Positions 8,549 through 15,713 of a DNA stretch of 32,000 nt are shown one piece after another. The number at the start of each line of letters is the position of its first letter. Within the stretch, counting starts at the first letter, position 1. A program made the position numbers and the translations under genes. The stretch comes from Acaryochloris marina MBIC11017 (GTDB lineage: Bacteria; Cyanobacteriota; Cyanobacteriia; Thermosynechococcales; Thermosynechococcaceae), in the NCBI RefSeq assembly GCF_000018105.1, contig NC_009930.1:60001-92000 (forward strand). The letters run 5' to 3'. Below the pieces are notes generated by a model that worked only from the letters and a program-made list of their open reading frames with translations, had not been told where the DNA came from and ran no database searches.

Positions 8549-10048
8549 TCATGCGGGTAATTGGACCATCTCCCGAATATTTCCCTTTACACCACCAACA
8601 CCTGCAGTGAAGTTACGATCTGGGTGGTGTAAGTGCATTGGTAAACCATTCTTGGGCGCAATTGTGATGATTCCATATCGGTCAACAGAGACAGATGGTA
8701 CAAACTCCATCCGAAAGGTTTGGAGCATAATAGACAGTACGATTTTGAGTTCCATCATTGCAAAAGCTGCTCCCATACATAGGCGTGAACCCGCACTAAA
8801 CGGCATGTACTCCCACATATCAGGGTTGATTCGCTCCCATCGGCTTGGGTCAAAGCAATTTGGATTCTCATAGAGGTCTGGCATGTGGTGGGTGGCATAA
8901 ATACTGCAATACACCTCTGTTCCAACTGGTAGGGAATATCCGCCCAAATCCACGATCTGATTGTTATACCGCCAGGTGAAGGGAGCTGGTGGGATCAGCC
9001 GTAAGCTCTCCTTGATCACGCGTTCGAGGAGCGGTAACTGGTCCAATTGGTCTAGGCGGGGAGGATCTCCTTGCAGAACGGCACCTAATTCATCCATCAG
9101 ATCAGCCGCAATGTCAGGATGCTGAGAAAGTAATAACACCGTCCAACCGAGAGCAAGAGAGGTCGTCTCATGTCCTGCCGCAAACAACGAACCCACATGT
9201 CCTAACAACTCGGTTTCGCTCAAGCTTATTCCTGTCTCTTCATCCCGCGCCTGGATTAACATGGAGAGGACATCATTATCCTTAGACTGGCGTGCTCGTT
9301 TCGCTGAAATAATGCCCCTCATTTCCCTGTCAAAGCAGGCAATCAAATTTAGAAACCTTCGATAAGGTAAACCTCCAATGTCGTAAGGCATCAACGTCGT
9401 CAAAGGTTGGGAAAGGACTGCTAATGCTTGCTCCAGCAGGTGACCAACCCCTTGGCCCGCTTTACCGCTATCTTCGCCAAAGAGCGTCTTGGTGACAATC
9501 CGCATCGCAAGTAATCGTGTCTCTTCAACGAGGTTGACCGTGGTGCCAGGGCGCAGATGTGACAAGGATGATTGAGTGATATTAACCATATCTTGCCAAT
9601 AGCTTTGAATGTGGCGGGTGTGAAAGGCAGGCATCATCAGCCGACGTTGAAGGCGATGTTCATCACCATTGACGCCCCAGAGGCCAACCAGAAAATGCTT
9701 GAGTGGCTGCTTCCGGTTTGAGACTGCTTCCATCGGATAGAGCGTCATGGAAAGAGGCGTCAGATTCCATTGAGAATGAGGTGTGCGGGCTTGACGAATT
9801 AAATCAGGCCCGTGGACGATAACAGTACCTGGACATTTTTCAAAAGGCGTGAACAGATTGGTCCCCCCTTGTTCGCACAGGGAGACCATTGGGCCATAGT
9901 CTTGAAATAGCTGGTTGGAGTAACCGATGGGATCTTGGGTAAATCGAAAGGTATTACCTGTTGTCCCAACTATAGGTGTAGATTTTGGTCCCGGAACGGT
10001 CCAGGCCATCTCTGTGTTGGTATCTGTAGGTGGTTTGATATTCGCCAT
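8549..10048 (-). CDS. Cytochrome P450 monooxygenase
   Basis: 499 aa. I-helix AGHETTS, ExxR (ESLR), and heme-thiolate loop FSAGSRLCMGAAFA (FxxGxRxCxG). Confidence 0.9.
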   Translation of the reverse strand: MANIKPPTDTNTEMAWTVPGPKSTPIVGTTGNTFRFTQDPIGYSNQLFQDYGPMVSLCEQGGTNLFTPFEKCPGTVIVHGPDLIRQARTPHSQWNLTPLSMTLYPMEAVSNRKQPLKHFLVGLWGVNGDEHRLQRRLMMPAFHTRHIQSYWQDMVNITQSSLSHLRPGTTVNLVEETRLLAMRIVTKTLFGEDSGKAGQGVGHLLEQALAVLSQPLTTLMPYDIGGLPYRRFLNLIACFDREMRGIISAKRARQSKDNDVLSMLIQARDEETGISLSETELLGHVGSLFAAGHETTSLALGWTVLLLSQHPDIAADLMDELGAVLQGDPPRLDQLDQLPLLERVIKESLRLIPPAPFTWRYNNQIVDLGGYSLPVGTEVYCSIYATHHMPDLYENPNCFDPSRWERINPDMWEYMPFSAGSRLCMGAAFAMMELKIVLSIMLQTFRMEFVPSVSVDRYGIITIAPKNGLPMHLHHPDRNFTAGVGGVKGNIREMVQLPA

Positions 10049-10415
10049 ATTTCCACTTGAACAATACGGTTGAACCAGAGTTTATCGACTTGATCTAATG
10101 AGTAGGAGCATTGAACTTTTCCAATTCTCCATTGAGTAAGTTAGAAATCCATACTTGTGATTGCAGGACCTTAAACTAGGGTACTTAAGAAGCTATACGC
10201 TGAAAACTAAGGAATGGATCTATGGATTTCCATTGTTTCTAATTTGCCGAGGCGGGACAGTTCCGCAAGCTAGTAACCCGGAAAGGGATCCGGTAGCTAG
10301 ATGGCGTCAACTTAAATGATAAAACTGGGGAGATATCCGCGATGCACAGTACTCAAGAGTCTTTCAGAATAGTTCCTCTGAAAGTCAAACCAGAAGGAAA
10401 ATCTGATTTTTTTAA

Positions 10416-11192
10416 TCAAGAAACAGTCAAGGTATGCTTTGGGGATCGTTTCATTTCGAAAAATGAAAGACAAAGAGGTACTGGCAAAACTAAAAATGTA
10501 TATAGATTAGCTAAGGCTTGAATGAATGCTCTATGTGTAGGATTAGTAGTTGGTTCTAAGAGTGGGTATCCAAGACCAAGAGAAAGTCCGATAATTACAT
10601 ATAAAAAAGTCACTACAAGTAAGAGAGAAAGATATCCTAAAGCAATTGAACGATTGTTCTTAAAAGGAAGTGCTTTCATTGCGTAGAAGTATAGGAAGTT
10701 TTCAAATGCTACTAAGAATAACAAAATCTGAAAACCGACATAAGGGAGGTAATGGTTTAGGAAATTTACTTCAGGACTCCAGACAAAGACAATTCTGAAC
10801 CAGACAGTTAATAATATTTCAAGTGGCAGAAAATACAAAGCAATTAGAAAGGTATACCGAGGTGCTCTATTTTCGCGATAGGCATCCTGAATCCTTAAGA
10901 AGTTGAAGATAACATAGAGAAGAAAAGGAACCTCCCAAAATGGTAGAAGCATAGCTGAAACAGTTCGACTAGGCTCATGATCAATCACATTGCAGGCATG
11001 GTTGAACCCAAATATTTTATAAATGACTATAGTTTCTGGATCAACATCAACAACTGTGTTTGTTAAAACATATCCAATCACAAGTAGTGTGATTAAAGAG
11101 ACATAAGCAATAATCCTGAGAATTTCTGGATTAAATTCCAAACTAAATGAATAATTTGGAGATGATTTCTTCCTCGAGTTCATGGCACCCAT
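10416..11192 (-). CDS. Polytopic membrane protein, family not recognised
   Basis: 258 aa, ATG start. At least 6 hydrophobic helix-length segments. The DNA is visibly more AT-rich than its neighbours. Confidence 0.6.
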   Translation of the reverse strand: MGAMNSRKKSSPNYSFSLEFNPEILRIIAYVSLITLLVIGYVLTNTVVDVDPETIVIYKIFGFNHACNVIDHEPSRTVSAMLLPFWEVPFLLYVIFNFLRIQDAYRENRAPRYTFLIALYFLPLEILLTVWFRIVFVWSPEVNFLNHYLPYVGFQILLFLVAFENFLYFYAMKALPFKNNRSIALGYLSLLLVVTFLYVIIGLSLGLGYPLLEPTTNPTHRAFIQALANLYTFLVLPVPLCLSFFEMKRSPKHTLTVS

Positions 11193-11628
11193 AATATTCC
11201 TTGAGACAATAAAATAAATAAGGCCTAAGGCTTTCTATAGTTGTACTGGATATATTCATACTAGCCTTTAGAATTAAGATATAATTGTCCCATTATTTGT
11301 AATTTAGAAATTCATATTGTCTCCTAGAAAATAAGTTATGTATCGGCTTGAGTCGAGGTAGACAATTTTTTCTCAAGAGATTGATAATAAGATTTATATT
11401 TAAGAATAATAGGGATACAAGTCTAAATTTTTTATCACAAGCGTAACCATTTCATCTGAAATCAACGAATCATAAGCTATAAGCCTGGATATTAGCCCAA
11501 GATTAAATCGGCTAGAATTCTCATTGACCATTTTGATCGACGGGATGGCAGAATTAATGGTCTTGACCAAAGTTTGTAGACACTTGAAAAAGGTCAACAA
11601 GAGAATATTGGATAGTACTTGCTGAATT

Positions 11629-12093
11629 CTAACTTGAGCACAGAATAACTTTTTGGTGTTCGCAGGCAGCCTTTCGGTGGCAGTATGCATTGCGGTAGTC
11701 CAGGTCGGTATGAAGTCCCATGAATGACTCAAGATTAGGATAGGACCCGATCGCAACTAAATCCCAGTCTTCATCCTGACCCAAGAACACTCCCTCATAG
11801 GGGCCAACCAGAAGAAACCGGCCACCCACCCTCTCCATCGTCGAGATGCTGATCGATGCGTATTGATTGAATGCGTCTTGACCTGAGATGTTTTCGCTGA
11901 TCTGATGATTATCTTGAGGGTATTCCGCAATGGATCTGAACTTGAAGAAGTTAATCAGCGTAATGGGCTGATTCGCTGGTCTTTCGAGAATCAGCCGCCA
12001 CTGATCGGCTTTAGGGCTTAAGTCATCGTGTCCATCTCCATACCAAACACATAGTTGTTGTACGCTTTCATCAATTTGAGAATTGACCTGCAT
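11629..12093 (-). CDS. DUF1330-like (dimeric alpha/beta-barrel) protein
   Basis: The segment ITLINFFKFRSIAEYP...AFNQYASISISTMERVGGRFLLVG...WDLVAIGSYPNLESFMGL resembles DUF1330 (from memory). The track ORF begins at a TTG (12135). I prefer ATG 12093, which has GGAG 8 nt upstream. Confidence 0.55.
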   Translation of the reverse strand: MQVNSQIDESVQQLCVWYGDGHDDLSPKADQWRLILERPANQPITLINFFKFRSIAEYPQDNHQISENISGQDAFNQYASISISTMERVGGRFLLVGPYEGVFLGQDEDWDLVAIGSYPNLESFMGLHTDLDYRNAYCHRKAACEHQKVILCSS

Positions 12094-12147
12094 TGCAAAA
12101 GCTCCCTGTACACTTTGGTCTATATCATGAATCAATTGATTGCTACC

Positions 12148-12933
12148 CTATTCGAGAACATGGCCACCTGAGCAATTGAGAACGGTGCCAGTCATATAGG
12201 CTGCCAAATCAGAGGCGGCTAAGACCATGACACCTGCTGTCTCTTGGGCTGATGGTAGTCTTTTTAACGCCGTCTTGTTTTGTTCAATAAAGGCTTGCAT
12301 CTGTGCTCGGGTCAACTTCAGATTCTTACCCATTTCTGTGAACGTATAGTTGATGGTTGGCGATTCTGGCATTGCCTCTGATCGCACACCAACCACCCGA
12401 ATACCGTCAGGCCCCCATTCGTTAGCTAGGGATTTTAAGAGTCCTTCCGTAGCGGCATGGGAGGCAGTAAGGGCTGGACTCCAGGGTGATCCGACTTTTG
12501 ATAAGGTCGAAGTGATAAAAATAATCACGCCCTTATGTTGATGGGCCATGTGTTTATATGCGGCTTTTGCCGTCACAAACTGAGTTGCAGTTGCCGTTTT
12601 TTGAGGGATCAAAAATTGTTCCAGAGAAACGTCCACGGCTGGCTTGCCGTGATTGAAGTCGGCAGGATTGGAGCCAGTCAGGTTTGTGACAATATCAAGG
12701 GTGCCGGTCTCAGCGACGACTGCGTCTAAATAGGTTTGTACCTCATCTTCGTTCAAGGCATCGACTTGCGTCACCTCCTTGATATCGGATTGCCCAGAGC
12801 CAGAAACCCCATTCAGGCTAGAGGCAAAAACATTTGCACCTTGTTCGGCATATGCTCTGGTGACTTGCTGACCGAGATGGCCTCCAGCACCAAAGATGAC
12901 CGCTGTTTTGTTGGCCAATAAGTTGTTGTTCAT
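12148..12933 (-). CDS. Short-chain dehydrogenase/reductase-fold protein (atypical active site)
   Basis: 261 aa. N-terminal Rossmann motif VIFGAGGHLGQ and an SDR-like central region IIFITST...GIRVVGV. The usual YxxxK position reads LTASHAA. Confidence 0.75.
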   Translation of the reverse strand: MNNNLLANKTAVIFGAGGHLGQQVTRAYAEQGANVFASSLNGVSGSGQSDIKEVTQVDALNEDEVQTYLDAVVAETGTLDIVTNLTGSNPADFNHGKPAVDVSLEQFLIPQKTATATQFVTAKAAYKHMAHQHKGVIIFITSTLSKVGSPWSPALTASHAATEGLLKSLANEWGPDGIRVVGVRSEAMPESPTINYTFTEMGKNLKLTRAQMQAFIEQNKTALKRLPSAQETAGVMVLAASDLAAYMTGTVLNCSGGHVLE

Positions 12934-13212
12934 TTTTTGTACCTACTTCAAAAATTCAGGTGCTCCATGCTCGCGTTTGGCCCCCTGAAGATAGTGCGTT
13001 TTGTGATCTACTCCCTGGAGCGTCAGACCCACCAGTGCCCGCCACCCGCATGGAGAGCCACTGATGGTGTGAACTGTTAACGTCATTGACTGACCTTTGT
13101 TTCAGTGAGTGTCACTAGCAAGAATCATAGCTGTTTAGTTTTTAAATTCAAGTAGGCAGTTTTATCGCATATACTCATACAAATAGTACTTAGTCTAAAA
13201 ATTAGAGTAAGC

Positions 13213-13569
13213 ATGGTTTCTCAAAACAAGGCAAGCGAAAAAGTCCTAGAACCCCCTATCCCTATTATTGAGGGCGTTTGTCCGATGCCAGATATTGCTC
13301 AGCTTATTGGCGGCAAGTGGAAGCTGATCATCTTACAAATTCTGATTTTTCAAGGAACCAAGCGCTTTGGCGAACTGCGAAAGCTGATCGATGGAATCAC
13401 GCAAACAATGCTCACCAATCAGCTCCGAGCCTTAGAACGCGATGGTCTCGTCAAGCGCAAGGTCTATCCTGAAGTTCCGCCCCGCGTGGAGTATTCAGCA
13501 ACAAAGCGCGCGCTTGATCTAGAGGAAATGTTTCACGCTATGCATGCATGGTGGGAAAGAAACTGTTGA
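13213..13569 (+). CDS. HxlR-family winged-helix transcriptional regulator
   Basis: 118 aa. CPMPDIAQLIGGKWKLIILQILIFQGTKRFGELRKLIDGITQTMLTNQLRALERDGLVKRKVYPEVPPRVEYSAT is a near-textbook HxlR domain. It is divergent from the SDR gene. Confidence 0.9.
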   Translation: MVSQNKASEKVLEPPIPIIEGVCPMPDIAQLIGGKWKLIILQILIFQGTKRFGELRKLIDGITQTMLTNQLRALERDGLVKRKVYPEVPPRVEYSATKRALDLEEMFHAMHAWWERNC

Positions 13570-13631
13570 GACCAATTGTTCTCTGTCTCTTCTGATAAGG
13601 CCATTTCATATGTTCCTCAGGGATATGTCGT

Positions 13632-14279
13632 TCATAGACATCCCACCCATATCCCCTGCCCATAGAACCCTCCTCGCTGTTCCACCCGAAAGCCCCCTAA
13701 AAGCACCCCGATCAACACAGCCACAGGAGCCAGACCAAGTCCTCGTACTAAGTCACCGAACAACACAGCATCCTCTTTACCCTCAAGGAACTCTCGAATC
13801 GCACCCACCCATGCCCCCACATCTTCGACATGGCTGATCTTCAGTGCCACTTCCTCCCCACTCTCCAGCTCATCCACAAACTCCAGCACCGAGTCTTTGC
13901 TAACCTCACCCACGACCGACTCAACAGACTTCCCCGTGAATCCTTGGCGTCGCTTCCGTGACTTCGGCTGACGACAAAGATCTGACACATCCAAAAACAT
14001 GGTCTGCTGAACCATCCCAGCTAAGAAATCCTCATCCAGCACTGGACCTTCAGAGTTGTATCGTTCCTCCCAACCCTGGATCATCAACTCTGCCCGCTGA
14101 AGACAAACCTCAGCCATATCCTTGATCGCATCCCCAGCTACCCTGAGCTGTTCTTGGGGAGAACGACCTTGCAAATGCTGATCCAACGATGCACACATCA
14201 AGGAAATATCAGCCTGCTCTGGTTCATCCAAAGCAGAAGCCAAAGCACTGACAAAATCTAGCTCAAGCTGAGTGTACAT
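13632..14279 (-). CDS. Hypothetical acidic protein with hydrophobic C-terminal segment
   Basis: 215 aa, ATG start. Amino-acid composition looks coherent for a real protein. It overlaps the upstream ORF by 17 nt, suggesting coupling. No family recognised. Confidence 0.6.
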   Translation of the reverse strand: MYTQLELDFVSALASALDEPEQADISLMCASLDQHLQGRSPQEQLRVAGDAIKDMAEVCLQRAELMIQGWEERYNSEGPVLDEDFLAGMVQQTMFLDVSDLCRQPKSRKRRQGFTGKSVESVVGEVSKDSVLEFVDELESGEEVALKISHVEDVGAWVGAIREFLEGKEDAVLFGDLVRGLGLAPVAVLIGVLLGGFRVEQRGGFYGQGIWVGCL

Positions 14280-14793
14280 GGCGCTTATCCTTTAGCGGAC
14301 ATTCCGTGATCTCACACTCAGTTGGCTCCAAGCGGATCGGGGGTTCAAACTCCGTGATTCCGAATCGTTCTCGTAGTACCCTCAGTACTTCCCGCAAATA
14401 TCGATTGACTTGAGTATTCGTCATGCCCATACAGTGTATAGGCTCAATATCGGCTAACTTCTCGCTCCCTTGCCAGACACTCACGGCTAGGGCATGGAGA
14501 TGAGCATCCTTGGGCTTCTCCTTATACAGATAGAGTTGTGCCACAGGTGGGGCTTGGACTGGAACCACGATAGTTTCAACGGTTTCAATCTGTTGATGGG
14601 CCACTTTAAGATCCCGATAAAGCCCCCGTTGTTTATCGTTATTGGCTTTGCGATTCCGGTAATGAGAGCGCTTGCGAGGACAAGTCTTAGGATTCCAGCA
14701 AGCCGTTTCAGTTCCCGGACCATGCAGCCGGATCGCCTCTTGCTGAGAACGTTGTGAACAGTCCAGACATTTTTTGTTGATTGGACGAGCCAC
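14263..14793 (-). CDS. Hypothetical basic protein with N-terminal CxxC...C-x5-C cluster
   Basis: 176 aa, GTG start. KKCLDCSQ...TACWNPKTCPRKRSHYRNRKANNDKQR suggests a zinc-ribbon plus basic tract. Alternative-frame ORFs in the same region look less protein-like. No family recognised. Confidence 0.55.
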   Translation of the reverse strand: MARPINKKCLDCSQRSQQEAIRLHGPGTETACWNPKTCPRKRSHYRNRKANNDKQRGLYRDLKVAHQQIETVETIVVPVQAPPVAQLYLYKEKPKDAHLHALAVSVWQGSEKLADIEPIHCMGMTNTQVNRYLREVLRVLRERFGITEFEPPIRLEPTECEITECPLKDKRHVHSA

Positions 14794-14873
14794 GAGAACA
14801 ACATTTAGAACGACGACAATTAGACCAAACTAGATGGGAAGATTCTTGGGTTCTTCTCCATCTCCATACGCCA

Positions 14874-15095
14874 TCAAGCCACTTGCAAGGTTTGAGGCTG
14901 AGGTAGCTCCTTCCCTTCCTGTTCGTACCAGAGACAGAGGGAATCAATCATCTCTTGCCCGTGTTGAGCTGCCTCTGAGTAAGTGGCCCCATCCGTACAG
15001 GGCTGGTTTATTTCTGGGAAGTCCGGTAGGGAAACCACATAACAGGAATCTTCATCGGACCACTGAATCAACATTTGGAACTTGCGGTTATCCAT
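14874..15095 (-). CDS. hicB: HicB-family antitoxin
   Basis: 73 aa. MDNRKFQMLIQWSDEDSCYVVSLPDFPEINQPCTDGATYSEAAQHGQEMIDSLCLWYEQEG fits the HicB/UPF0150 N-terminal fold pattern. It lies directly downstream of hicA in the canonical order. Confidence 0.8.
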   Translation of the reverse strand: MDNRKFQMLIQWSDEDSCYVVSLPDFPEINQPCTDGATYSEAAQHGQEMIDSLCLWYEQEGKELPQPQTLQVA

Positions 15096-15295
15096 CAGGT
15101 TTCTCTTTTAAGGTTTTCAGTGCAGCGTCAACTTCTTTCTCTATATCGGGGTGCATCATCCCCATCCTTGCGAGCAATGACGATATAAGTGTCCAGTGCT
15201 GGATGCTTCCACTTACTGTGACTTCCCTTTCCGGGTTGAGCAGAAAAGCCTGCCTTGAGCAGCATGGCCTTGATGTCACGGATTTTTTTGGGCAT
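15088..15295 (-). pseudogene. hicA: HicA-family toxin, frameshifted near 15142
   Basis: From ATG 15295 I read MPKKIRDIKAMLLKAGFSAQPGKGSHSKWKHPALDTYIVIARKDGDDAPRYRERS, then TGA at 15130..15128. The expected HicA C-terminal helix (EKEVDAALKTLKEKPDG) continues in the +1 frame to TAA 15090..15088, overlapping the hicB ATG. The track ORF 15088..15309 is a chimera of that tail with an out-of-frame TTG-initiated head. Confidence 0.7.
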
Positions 15296-15675
15296 GGCAG
15301 CTCAACCAACTGTCCTATCTAGTTTACAGGCTAGCCAGGGATAGTGACCGTTTTTTATGTAACTTTTAATGTAATCCAGATAAGAGCAATTATTTGGAGT
15401 AGGAATTTCCGCAAAATTACCTCTGCTGTCAGAGCAAGGGTTTTGAAAAGTCAATTCTATATTTGGACGACACTTCTGGAATTAGCATCATGAATCTTAT
15501 GTATCTAAATTAGTGATCACTTGAGCATATTTTGTAGTGCAATCTATGTCGTGTATTAGATGTCGTGTACAACCCTAATCTCTGACATCCCGCCAGCCCA
15601 TCTAGTTGAGTTTGATATGGAGATATCAGCGCTGAGCAAGCCTAGAATTCCCCACTTCCAAAACGGTTTGATTAG

Positions 15676-15708
15676 AGAACGGTTGAGGAGCTCCACCCCA
15701 ACCGTTCT
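15676..15708 (-). terminator. Hairpin 5 nt downstream of the giant gene stop (possible terminator)
   Basis: agaacggttg (15676-15685) pairs perfectly with caaccgttct (15699-15708) around a 13-nt loop. No U-tract follows on the transcribed strand, so it is not a canonical intrinsic terminator. Confidence 0.35.
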
Positions 15709-15713
15709 GGGAT

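Noticed and set aside
4765-10048. Treating P450, RNB nuclease, DUF2797 and hydrolase as one functional pathway or operon
   Set aside because: They share a strand with gaps of 57-118 bp, so co-transcription is possible. I see no biochemical logic linking them and have no evidence beyond orientation.
10201-10330. Possible riboswitch or tRNA-like structure (gccgaggcgggacagttccgcaagctagtaacccggaaagggatccggtagctag)
   Set aside because: Only short imperfect pairings are present, with no cloverleaf and no conserved riboswitch core that I can recognise.
11400-11756. 118-aa minus-strand ORF bridging the DUF1330 3' end and the AT-rich gap
   Set aside because: It overlaps the DUF1330 gene out of frame. 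The remainder lies in very AT-rich DNA, and it has no recognisable motif.
13544-13837. 97-aa plus-strand ORF (P-rich)
   Set aside because: It is antisense to the C-terminal part of the 215-aa ORF and has a low-complexity proline/serine composition.
14487-14947. Alternative minus-strand ORFs 14487..14804 (ATG start) and 14708..14947
   Set aside because: Their translations look less protein-like (W/R/I-rich, no motifs) than the 176-aa frame. I keep them in mind because the chosen frame needs a GTG start.
14834-15322. 162-aa plus-strand ORF
   Set aside because: It is antisense to the hicA/hicB pair, whose translations match known families. Its composition (S/P/R/G-rich) is typical of a shadow frame.
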